The notes: a model not told the origin generated them from the letters alone. 37,562 bases of DNA from a virus (IMGVR_UViG_3300020045_005022:1-37562), one strand, 5' to 3'. Positions 1 through 7,281 are shown, numbered from the stretch's first letter. Numbers and translations: made by a program.

Positions 1-24
1 AAAAACCCGCTCATCACAAGCGGT
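1..24 (-). terminator. Intrinsic terminator of the first leftward unit (tL1-like)
   Basis: Minus strand reads CCGCT-TGTGATG-AGCGG-G followed by a T run; downstream of ORF 115..333. Confidence 0.75.
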
Positions 25-121
25 AGAGGATTTACAAAGTAGCGCATCTTCTTTGTACAAACAATACTGGCTCAATATGTTTTGTACAAATCCCTCGTCC
101 ATGAGGGTTTAATATTATTCG
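1..121. repeat. Terminal direct repeat, copy 1 (circular assembly overlap)
   Basis: Bases 1-121 are identical to 37442-37562. Confidence 0.97.
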
Positions 122-333
122 CTCCAGCTCCAGCTCCCGCTCCCGCTCCCGCTCCAGCTCCCGCTCACGCTCCTGCTCCTGCTCCTGCTCCCGCTCCAGC
201 TCCAGCTCCCGCTCCAGCTCCCGCTCCTACTCCTGCTCCCGCTCCAGCTCCAGCTCCAGCTCCCGCTCCTGCTCCCGCTCCCGCTCCTGGTCAAGCTCCC
301 GCTCCTAATATTTATCTTTTTTGCCGCTTTCAT
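115..333 (-). CDS. Low-complexity Ser/Gly/Trp/Arg dipeptide-repeat protein (72 aa)
   Basis: ATG at 333 overlaps the TGA of the upstream gene (ATGA coupling); MKAAKKINI then mostly (R/G/W)S repeats. Confidence 0.65.
   Translation of the reverse strand: MKAAKKINIRSGSLTRSGSGSRSGSWSWSWSGSRSRSGSWSGSWSWSGSRSRSRSVSGSWSGSGSGSWSWSE
121..306. repeat. Tandem hexamer array GCTCCN x31 (NGGAGC on the minus strand)
   Basis: Read directly; only three units deviate (GCTCAC, ACTCCT, GGTCAA). Confidence 0.97.
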
Positions 334-593
334 TTCACAATACCGAAGGCTTCTATCATCCCTGTTTGTATGTAAATAGTGCCCGGAAGCGGTTGAGCGT
401 CTTTCCATTCTTTCGTTGTAAACGCGCCGGTTTCATAAACAATGGCGGGGTTTTCTAACTTGATGCACGAATCATTGACGCCGACTAGATCACCCGTATA
501 AATGTAAATCGCACAGAAACAGGTAATGCGCTGGCCGATTAAAGCCATGAAGCCTTCTTCTTTGTTTTCTTCAACGGTTCTTATTACTTTCAT
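330..593 (-). CDS. Small Sm/LSm-like fold protein (predicted)
   Basis: Sm1-like [32 protein letters not shown] and Sm2-like [13 protein letters not shown]; AGGA ribosome-binding site upstream. Confidence 0.6.
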   Translation of the reverse strand: MKVIRTVEENKEEGFMALIGQRITCFCAIYIYTGDLVGVNDSCIKLENPAIVYETGAFTTKEWKDAQPLPGTIYIQTGMIEAFGIVK

Positions 594-614
594 CTTTATT
601 TCCTGGTTAAATTA

Positions 615-696
615 ATATTCTTCAAAACACTCTAAGAATGCGTTGAACAATATCCGCTGTCTCTACCAGCGTAATGTCAGGTTTTCCGGTTACCTG
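615..696 (-). ncRNA. Structured pL leader: two-hairpin module plus long imperfect stem
   Basis: Stems CAGGT/ACCTG (678-696), CGCTG/CAGCG (655-671), ATATT-TTCAA/TTGAA-AATAT (615-653). Confidence 0.5.
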
Positions 697-704
697 TCCG
701 TTAT

Positions 705-737
705 GTTGTTAAAGAGCGTGGCGAGACGTTTCCGTCT
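705..737 (-). promoter_or_regulatory. nut-like antitermination site: GAAA-loop hairpin followed by boxA
   Basis: Minus strand AGACG-GAAA-CGTCT, then CGCTCTTTAACAAC matching the boxA consensus GCTCTTTAACA. Confidence 0.8.
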
Positions 738-750
738 GGCTTGGTAAAGT

Positions 751-792
751 AATATACTCTAAAACAAAAACATTGCAATAGGCAATAGCAAC
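751..792 (-). promoter_or_regulatory. Leftward promoter (pL-like) with operator-like repeat over -35
   Basis: TTGCAA-16 nt-TATATT; TGCTATTGCCTATTGC is nearly identical to the motif at 1097-1112. Confidence 0.6.
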
Positions 793-845
793 TAAATTAC
801 GCAAAATATCAAAAACAATTTTATGCCTTTGATATTTATTGTAAT

Positions 846-1145
846 TTAGTTGTACATGCGTCCAGTCAATAGCCAGTCAACAGGGCAGTCCATGACCTTG
901 CATATATTAATTGACGTATCCATGCAAGGGAGCTTACGCCCATTAAGCCAGTCATTAATAGTAGGTTGCTTATAGCCTAGCCATTGCTCAAGCTCTTTTT
1001 GCGTGGCGCCTGGCTTTAGTTTATTACATAGCGCCCTAAAACGTATGGCAAACTCTGGATAGCGTGGTTCATGCGCCCTCGCACCTCTTTGATTTATGCT
1101 ATTGCTTATTGCTATTAATTCTGAGTCTGATATTATGTTGTACAT
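846..1145 (-). CDS. XRE-family HTH repressor (cI-like), HTH domain only; start uncertain
   Basis: TQKELEQWLGYKQPTINDWLNGRKLP...VDWLLTG; divergent from a cro-like gene; no S24 peptidase domain. Confidence 0.8.
   Translation of the reverse strand: MYNIISDSELIAISNSINQRGARAHEPRYPEFAIRFRALCNKLKPGATQKELEQWLGYKQPTINDWLNGRKLPCMDTSINICKVMDCPVDWLLTGRMYN
1097..1136 (+). promoter_or_regulatory. Rightward promoter (pR-like) with operator-like repeat
   Basis: TTGCTA (1109)-16 nt-TATTAT (1131) with a TG extension; TGCTATTGCTTATTGC. Confidence 0.6.
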
Positions 1146-1335
1146 GAAAATACTCCAAAAAATACGTAGTAAGTACAAGTCTGATAAAGAGATGAGCTTA
1201 GATATCGGTGTTTCTCAGCCTATCATTAATCAGTGGTTGTCCGGGGCTAGGAAGCCAAGTCCGGCCAGTCAAAAGCTGCTTAGGGAAAAGCATGTTTTTA
1301 GCATCAATAAATTAAGGGCGGAGCTTTATGACTGA
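1144..1335 (+). CDS. Cro-like HTH regulator
   Basis: SDKEMSLDIGVSQPIINQWLSGARKPS HTH; 63 aa; position opposite the repressor. Confidence 0.8.
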   Translation: MKILQKIRSKYKSDKEMSLDIGVSQPIINQWLSGARKPSPASQKLLREKHVFSINKLRAELYD

Positions 1336-1419
1336 GTAAATATTAATTGCCATTTGCAATACATGCAATAGGTGGTGACACCTAACTTGCATTAAAATTA
1401 GATTAAATTTACATTAATA

Positions 1420-1686
1420 ATGCTAATCACCAATAGCGATTTTAAAACGCAATTGCCTATAATTATGAATAAAGTTGATTGCATTGATTGCCTGGGCAAC
1501 ATCCCGGACACCGTAAACCCAAAGGGCGGAATGTCGCGCTGTAAAGCTTACGAGCATTATGTCAATAAGGGCGCAAATAAGGCGCAACTGAATGATTTGC
1601 TGGTTGAGCTGGGCAACGCCAGAGACTATCACCTATTTTGGCCGGGAAAAAGAGTTTGTACGAAATTTAAGGTTATACCGATTTAA
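1420..1686 (+). CDS. Hypothetical Cys-containing (possibly Zn-binding) protein
   Basis: CIDC...C...C pattern; operon position. Confidence 0.55.
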   Translation: MLITNSDFKTQLPIIMNKVDCIDCLGNIPDTVNPKGGMSRCKAYEHYVNKGANKAQLNDLLVELGNARDYHLFWPGKRVCTKFKVIPI

Positions 1687-1691
1687 ACCTG

Positions 1692-1751
1692 TACCCACCA
1701 AGATTTGCAAGTCTAAAGCGTTTCCTTCGTGCGCCGGTGGGTATTTTTTTT
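1692..1751 (+). terminator. Terminator/attenuator-like element upstream of the antirepressor
   Basis: TACCCACC...GGTGGGTA 8-bp stem followed by T8; 36-nt loop. Confidence 0.55.
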
Positions 1752-1780
1752 ACCGAAGATTAACGATAGGAAAAAAGTTT

Positions 1781-2440
1781 ATGAAAAACGCATTACAGAT
1801 TTTACCCGCTACACAAACGATGTCGTCAGTTGAAATTGCCGAACTTACCGGGAAAACGCACGCAATCGTATTGGGCGATATTAAACGAGTATTGGTAGAG
1901 GCCGAAATAGATAGTGTGGTTTTCCAGACTATCTATAAAGACAGCATGAATCGCAATAAACCATGTTTTTTGTTGCCAAGGAGAGAATGTGACCTAGTAA
2001 TCACTGGTTACTCTACAAAATACCGCCTTGCCGTAATTGATAGATGGCACGAATTGGAGGCTAAAGGAAACAAAGCACTTCCATCATACGCCGAGTCATT
2101 GCGACTTTTAGCGGATGCTATTGAAGATAGGGCAAAGGTTCAGCCTCAAGTCGATTTTGCAATGGCAGTTCGAAACATGCAAGGCGCTTGTCCGGTCGGT
2201 GACTTCGCCAAAACAATCGGACTTGGGCGTAATCGCCTGTTTAAGCTTATGCGCGATGACGATATTTTGATGAAAAACAACCTACCTTATCAGCGCTATC
2301 TTGATAACGATTGTTTTGTGGTCAACGAGCAAATCCCTTACACAGACAGCAAGGGCAAGACACACCCAGCATTTACCACAATGGTAACGGGTAAAGGGCA
2401 AGTATTTTTAGAAAAGAAATACAGAGAGTCGGCGGCTTAA
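1781..2440 (+). CDS. Phage antirepressor, Rha-like N-terminus plus ANT/KilAC C-terminus
   Basis: MSSVEIAELTGKTH...YRLAVIDRWHELE; FAKTIGLGRNRLFKLMR...PYQRY...VTGKGQ. Confidence 0.9.
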   Translation: MKNALQILPATQTMSSVEIAELTGKTHAIVLGDIKRVLVEAEIDSVVFQTIYKDSMNRNKPCFLLPRRECDLVITGYSTKYRLAVIDRWHELEAKGNKALPSYAESLRLLADAIEDRAKVQPQVDFAMAVRNMQGACPVGDFAKTIGLGRNRLFKLMRDDDILMKNNLPYQRYLDNDCFVVNEQIPYTDSKGKTHPAFTTMVTGKGQVFLEKKYRESAA

Positions 2441-3274
2441 GTGATTATTCGCTCCCCTAAAATTCAAGATAATTTTTACGTGCTGGATAAGGCTATTTCT
2501 GAAAATGAAAGCCTTACCTGGGCGGCTCGTGGTCTTTTAATATTCCTGCTTGGCAAACCTGACAATTGGGAGGTTTCCGTGGCTCACTTACAGCAACAGA
2601 CGCTTAAAAGCCCAAAGCCTACCAAGCGCGACGGTATTTACAATTTGCTTAGTGAATTGGTTACGGCTGGCTATGTTAAGCGTGTCGCGGAAAATAATAA
2701 CGGTCGTTTTGGCGCTGTAAATTACCTGGTGTCTGAATCACCAGTAAATGCACCGCTTACGGATAACACGGAAGCGGTAAAAACACCGCTTACGCCTTTG
2801 CCGTATCCGGCATCGCCGTATCCGGCGGAAACGACACTAATAAGAACTGAATATAAACAAGAACTGAAAGAGCAAATAAGTATTGATAAAAAACATACAA
2901 AAAAAATTGCTGACGAATTTATGCAAAAGTCTTTTAATGAATTTTATTCTGCCTACCCAAAGAAAATTGGCAGAGAAACGGCTTTAAATTCTTGGCGCAA
3001 GATTGACCCTGAAATGTACGAAGGAATTATTGCTGACGTGATTAACAGGTCGGCTAATCATGCTGGATGGGCAGAAAAGCAGTTTATTAATGCCCCAACT
3101 GTTTATCTAAATCAAAAACGATGGACTGATGAAATAACACAAAAAAGCCCTGGCTCTGCAACGAACAGAAACCAAGGCCATGCAAAGCAACCACACCAGC
3201 GCCCCGTCTACACGCTACAGTCTAACCGGGACGCTATCAACTCTACAGCGGAGATTTTACATGATCGATTCTGA
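2441..3274 (+). CDS. Replication initiator (lambda O-like)
   Basis: N-terminal wHTH (LTWAARGLLIFLLGKPDNW), internal iterons, C-terminal FNEFYSAYPKKIG...YLNQKRWTDE. Confidence 0.85.
   Translation: MIIRSPKIQDNFYVLDKAISENESLTWAARGLLIFLLGKPDNWEVSVAHLQQQTLKSPKPTKRDGIYNLLSELVTAGYVKRVAENNNGRFGAVNYLVSESPVNAPLTDNTEAVKTPLTPLPYPASPYPAETTLIRTEYKQELKEQISIDKKHTKKIADEFMQKSFNEFYSAYPKKIGRETALNSWRKIDPEMYEGIIADVINRSANHAGWAEKQFINAPTVYLNQKRWTDEITQKSPGSATNRNQGHAKQPHQRPVYTLQSNRDAINSTAEILHDRF
2751..2870. promoter_or_regulatory. Putative replication origin (iterons plus A-rich tract)
   Basis: CACCGCTTACG x2, GCCGTATCCGGC x2, CCG-N4-CGG units at about 15-bp period, then AAGAACTGAA x2. Confidence 0.7.
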
Positions 3275-4013
3275 TTTTAACACTTTTTCACAGGCCTGGG
3301 CTGATGCTCATGATGTCATGGCGGCTGGGAAAGTTCTTACTCCACGAGCTATGGAATCAATTTTCTATGACCTTGAGGACTATTCGTTTGATGTGGTCCT
3401 GGCTAGCATCAAGATTCATCGTAAAGCGGCAAAGTTCGCCCCCACTGTTTTTGACATAGTAGAGATAATCAAAGACCGGACAGGGGCTAAGCATATCGGC
3501 ATTGAAGAAGCGTGGAGCATTGCTGAAGCATCGTTTGACGAAAACCTAACCGTTGTATGGACTAATGAAATTGCAGAGGCTAGAGGGCATGTAAGCGGCC
3601 TTTATGAGAATGACAAAGTAGCGGCGCGAATGGCGTTTAAAGATGCTTATGGACGCATCATAAAAACAGCTAATGAGCCAAGGTGGTTTGTCACGGAAGG
3701 TCATGACCACTCGTTACGGGCTGACGCGGTTAAGGCCGCCGTATTGCTCAAACGCTTGCCGCCGCTTAAAGCCGATAGCCGCTACCTGATCGAAGCGCCT
3801 ACGACATCAATGCAAGGGCTAATCGAAAAGGCGCACAAAGTCACGGGGAAAGTAGACGCGCTGGCAAAAATTGCGCTGATTAAAACCGTTTTGCAGATCG
3901 ATGAAGAAGCGGATTTGGTGGATGCGCGAGCCAAAGAACGCGCCAAGTTTGAGCTAAAACGAACCACGCAGCTTGACGCGGTGGCCGATAAATTACGGGG
4001 AGCAATGCACTAA
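3261..4013 (+). CDS. Replication accessory / helicase-loader-like protein (P position; DUF6475-like)
   Basis: Overlaps the initiator end; HRKAAKFAPTVFDI, EEAW, VAARMAFKDAY motifs. Confidence 0.7.
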   Translation: MIDSDFNTFSQAWADAHDVMAAGKVLTPRAMESIFYDLEDYSFDVVLASIKIHRKAAKFAPTVFDIVEIIKDRTGAKHIGIEEAWSIAEASFDENLTVVWTNEIAEARGHVSGLYENDKVAARMAFKDAYGRIIKTANEPRWFVTEGHDHSLRADAVKAAVLLKRLPPLKADSRYLIEAPTTSMQGLIEKAHKVTGKVDALAKIALIKTVLQIDEEADLVDARAKERAKFELKRTTQLDAVADKLRGAMH

Positions 4014-4135
4014 TGATTAAAGCAACTATCGAAATTATTTTATTTGTGGCAACCATGCTGGTTATCAGTGGCGGATTCATGGCGGTGCTGTCACTGACTA
4101 CGCCAGCAACAATAACCAGCAGCGGAGCGGATTAA
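4013..4135 (+). CDS. Small membrane protein (40 aa)
   Basis: TAATG coupling at both ends; one hydrophobic helix; below the ORF-track cutoff. Confidence 0.55.
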   Translation: MIKATIEIILFVATMLVISGGFMAVLSLTTPATITSSGAD

Positions 4136-4287
4136 TGGACGCAGAAAAATTAAAGCCGCTGTCACATGATGCGCTGTTAAAAATTATTAACGACATTGAC
4201 GAAATTGAAGATTTGGATTATTGGGAAAAGGAAGCAATTTTGCGCGGTATAGCAATCGCGGAAAAAGAGCACGGGATAACAGTATGA
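4135..4287 (+). CDS. Hypothetical protein (50 aa)
   Basis: MDAEKLKPLSHD...IAEKEHGITV; coupled start and stop. Confidence 0.6.
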   Translation: MDAEKLKPLSHDALLKIINDIDEIEDLDYWEKEAILRGIAIAEKEHGITV

Positions 4288-4439
4288 AACTAGGCTCAAA
4301 TAAAAACGTCACACCGGAGTCATGGGCTGATTATGCAGCAATAATCATTGGCCTGTGCGGGGTGTTGGCAATGGGTGGCTGGTGGCTGATTAGCTACGGT
4401 TGGGCCTGTGTGTGCGGAAATGCGGGGGCTTGGAAATGA
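4284..4439 (+). CDS. Small membrane protein
   Basis: ATGA coupling at both ends; hydrophobic segment. Confidence 0.55.
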   Translation: MKLGSNKNVTPESWADYAAIIIGLCGVLAMGGWWLISYGWACVCGNAGAWK

Positions 4440-4864
4440 GCAACGTACATTTTTCAAGCAAAACCGATTTGCACTCAACACCTCAAGCGTTTTTCGACAA
4501 ATTAAACGATGAGTTTGATTTTTTAGTTGATGTTTGTGCAAACCATGAAAACAAAAAATGCAAAATTTATTTTACAGAAGAAGATTCGGGTCTAGATAAA
4601 GTTTGGTACGGTGATATTTGGATGAACCCTCCGTACGGCAGGGAAATAGGCAAGTGGATGAAAAAAGCTCATGAGTCTGCACAGGCCAATGATTTTACTA
4701 CTGTTGTTTGTCTGGTTCCGGCGCGTACAGACAAGAAATGGTGGCATGATTACGCGATACAGCACGAGGTTAGATTTATCAAGGGTCGACTTAAATTTGG
4801 TGGCGCTAAAAATTCAGCTCCATTTCCGTCAGCAGTTGTAGTTATGCGTAAATTGCAAGCATGA
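4436..4864 (+). CDS. Phage DNA N6-adenine methyltransferase
   Basis: STPQAFFDKL, DVCA, WMNPPYG, LVPARTD, GRLKFG motifs. Confidence 0.92.
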   Translation: MSNVHFSSKTDLHSTPQAFFDKLNDEFDFLVDVCANHENKKCKIYFTEEDSGLDKVWYGDIWMNPPYGREIGKWMKKAHESAQANDFTTVVCLVPARTDKKWWHDYAIQHEVRFIKGRLKFGGAKNSAPFPSAVVVMRKLQA

Positions 4865-5106
4865 TTAATTGGCCTGATTTTATTTTCCCGCCGATTAATT
4901 TACTCAGCTTCCCTAAACAAAATATCGATTTTATGCAAACAAGAAATATTAGATTAGACAACCGAGCCAAATCACTACAGCTCAACCCACGCCCACGGCA
5001 AACAAGTAGCTTTAACACGCACTCAATAACTCCGCCACGCTCCGAAGCGTCGAGAATGGAATTTGAGCGCATGACACAAATACAAAAAATACTGAGGAAC
5101 AAATGA
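4861..5106 (+). CDS. Hypothetical protein
   Basis: ATGA overlaps on both sides. Confidence 0.55.
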   Translation: MINWPDFIFPPINLLSFPKQNIDFMQTRNIRLDNRAKSLQLNPRPRQTSSFNTHSITPPRSEASRMEFERMTQIQKILRNK

Positions 5107-5534
5107 AACGAATCTTTAAACACGACGACGAGCGGTCAAAGTTTCACGCAGTCCGGGCGGTGCAGGATTTGCCGTTGGATGTGCCGATGATGATAACGAT
5201 TGAGCCATTTAAGAAAAAGCGCAGCGCAGGACAAAATAGGTTTTTGTGGTCAGCGCTTTTGAATGATTTTGTTGTGCAAGGATTTTTTGAGGGTCGCCAA
5301 TTCTCAAAAGATACTTGGCATTATCACCTGAAAGCAACAAACCTTCCTGAACCAGGCGACGAAGGATATGGCGATGATGTGACAGAAAATTATGTTAAGT
5401 GGAAGGAACTGCCCAATGGGGAAATGATGCTATCCGGTTCAACTACGCAACTAACAGATAAGGGATTTTCAAAATATTTAGAGAAATGCTACGTACTCGG
5501 CGTTGATCTTGGCGTGAGATTTTCAGCGCGATGA
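5103..5534 (+). CDS. ninB: NinB/YbcN-like recombination protein
   Basis: KRSAGQNRFLW and GSTTQLTDKGFSKYLE motifs. Confidence 0.8.
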   Translation: MKRIFKHDDERSKFHAVRAVQDLPLDVPMMITIEPFKKKRSAGQNRFLWSALLNDFVVQGFFEGRQFSKDTWHYHLKATNLPEPGDEGYGDDVTENYVKWKELPNGEMMLSGSTTQLTDKGFSKYLEKCYVLGVDLGVRFSAR

Positions 5535-5722
5535 GTAATCACAAGCTAATCAACGACTCATCACCTGGAATGGGAAAATGGAAAGTATGTTCTTTTTGCG
5601 GAATGGCGGTTCATGGTGGCTATTTTTGGCTTGCTGGGTTTAAGTCAAAAATTGAACCCGATTGTTTAGAGAATATTGATGGCTGGCTAGACAATTCAGA
5701 AGAAGTTGGTTTTGATGAGTAA
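5531..5722 (+). CDS. Hypothetical Cys-containing protein
   Basis: CSFC motif; coupled ORF. Confidence 0.55.
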   Translation: MSNHKLINDSSPGMGKWKVCSFCGMAVHGGYFWLAGFKSKIEPDCLENIDGWLDNSEEVGFDE

Positions 5723-5984
5723 AAACGCCACAGCAGCACAGCGCAGGAGAATGGGAAAGATTGCAGAATTAGGCTGTGTGATTTGCAAAGGCCCAGCATC
5801 GATACATCACGTAGGCGCGCACATGGGAGGCGGCAGGAACCATGATAAGGTCATCCCTTTATGCGGATCGCATCACCAAACAGGCGGAGAGGGGGTGGCG
5901 CTGCATCACAATAGGAAAGCATGGGAAGCGGTACACGGTACGGAAAAATATTACTTGGATTTGGTTAATTTAATGGTGGATTAA
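5715..5984 (+). CDS. Ref/DUF968-like HNH nuclease
   Basis: GCVIC...IHH...IPLCGSHHQ...H...WEAVHGTE. Confidence 0.8.
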   Translation: MSKNATAAQRRRMGKIAELGCVICKGPASIHHVGAHMGGGRNHDKVIPLCGSHHQTGGEGVALHHNRKAWEAVHGTEKYYLDLVNLMVD

Positions 5985-6060
5985 TCGATATAAACTAATG
6001 ATTAATAAAGAAAATCGCGGTATAATTGCACATCAAAAACAAATAGGAATAACATAATTT

Positions 6061-6468
6061 ATGAGTAATATTTTTACAGGTGTATGCACAGTTGTTCGCG
6101 ATGCAGAAGTGCGCTATCTCGCATCAGGTTCGGCTGTTTTGAATGTAACCGTGGCGAATAATATCGGCTTTGGTGACAAACAAAAAACGCTGTTTATCCG
6201 GTGCGCATTGTTCGGAAAACGCGCAGAAGGACAGTTAAAAGATTATTTGCTAAAAGGTCAGGCGGTGATGGTGTCCGGTGAATTATCTGAAAATGAATAC
6301 CAGGCGTATGACGGTACAACCAAAAAAAGCCTTGAGCTTAACGCCAATATTATTGATTTAGTCGGCAGTAAGCGCAAAACCAGCGACCAAGCACCGCAGC
6401 AAGCAAGGCCGCAACAATCGCACCCCGATAGGCAGCATGATAATTTTGATGATGACATTCCCTTCTAG
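6061..6468 (+). CDS. ssb: Single-stranded DNA-binding protein
   Basis: OB-fold motifs and DDDIPF tail. Confidence 0.95.
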   Translation: MSNIFTGVCTVVRDAEVRYLASGSAVLNVTVANNIGFGDKQKTLFIRCALFGKRAEGQLKDYLLKGQAVMVSGELSENEYQAYDGTTKKSLELNANIIDLVGSKRKTSDQAPQQARPQQSHPDRQHDNFDDDIPF

Positions 6469-6471
6469 GTC

Positions 6472-6666
6472 ATGAGTAAATTAGAAGATTTAGGCATAGA
6501 TCTTGAGCAGGGCTTACTTGAAATGCGGATAAAGGCCGCAGCGAGTAAGCAGCTAGACATCGGCAATCCGAGTGGTGAGTGTCTATATTGCGGAGATGAT
6601 ACTGGCTCTTATCGGCGCTGGTGCGATGAGGATTGCAGGGATGACTGGAGCAGGGAAAATGAGTAA
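6472..6666 (+). CDS. DksA/TraR-like C4 zinc-finger protein
   Basis: N-terminal helix followed by CLYC...WCDEDC. Confidence 0.6.
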   Translation: MSKLEDLGIDLEQGLLEMRIKAAASKQLDIGNPSGECLYCGDDTGSYRRWCDEDCRDDWSRENE

Positions 6667-7018
6667 AAACGAAGAGCATCAAGAGCAGTGTGCATTAATT
6701 CAGTGGGCTAAATTGCAGGCTAAAACAACCCCGGCTTTGAGTATGCTGTTTGCAATCCCAAACGGCGGGGCGAGATCAGTCATAACAGGGGCAATGCTAA
6801 AGCGCGAGGGCGTGCAAAAAGGCATACCTGATTTATTTCTGGCAGTGCCTCGTAGGGCATGTGGTGGGCTGTTCATCGAGATGAAGAAGAAAAAAGGCGG
6901 CGTAGTATCACAAGAGCAACGCGAATGGATCGCCAAGTTTGTCTGGCAAGGGTATCAAGCCGAAATATGTAACGGGTGGGAGGAAGCCCGCGACATCATC
7001 ATTAAATATTTGGGATAG
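6659..7018 (+). CDS. VRR-NUC (PD-(D/E)xK) nuclease
   Basis: EHQEQ, FAIPNGG, GIPDL, FIEMK, SQEQ. Confidence 0.9.
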   Translation: MSKNEEHQEQCALIQWAKLQAKTTPALSMLFAIPNGGARSVITGAMLKREGVQKGIPDLFLAVPRRACGGLFIEMKKKKGGVVSQEQREWIAKFVWQGYQAEICNGWEEARDIIIKYLG

Positions 7019-7020
7019 AA

Positions 7021-7281
7021 ATGAGTATAGAGCAAACATTGGCCGAACGTGGCAACAGATACGGTGAGTTTAAAGAACACGCCAGAATCACACAGAATCT
7101 AAAAGAGTGTCTGATAGATTCGCCAAATTGGGCGCACATGCGATGCGACCAGAAAGAGGCGCTTGAAATGGTAATGCACAAGGTTGGCAGAATTTTGAAT
7201 GGCGATCCAAATTTTCGCGATTCTTGGCACGACTGCAATGGTTATATCAAGCTCGTAGCCGATACGCTGGTTGTAGAGTGA
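7021..7281 (+). CDS. DUF6378-like all-helical protein
   Basis: ERGNRYG...KVGRILNGDP...DSWHDCNGY. Confidence 0.75.
   Translation: MSIEQTLAERGNRYGEFKEHARITQNLKECLIDSPNWAHMRCDQKEALEMVMHKVGRILNGDPNFRDSWHDCNGYIKLVADTLVVE

Noticed and set aside
1-121. Biological terminal repeats or att sites
   Set aside because: An exact overlap at the contig ends next to a tandem array is typical of circular assembly; it cannot be shown to be a packaged DTR
82-375. Plus-strand Ala-Pro repeat ORF
   Set aside because: TTG start with no RBS, antisense to the operon. GCT is invariant, and the ACT variant is silent only on the minus strand. The minus ORF has ATGA coupling.
1592-1780. N-terminal extension of the antirepressor given by the ORF track
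   Set aside because: It overlaps the upstream gene and runs through a terminator; ATG 1781 has an AGGA upstream and begins the Rha-like domain
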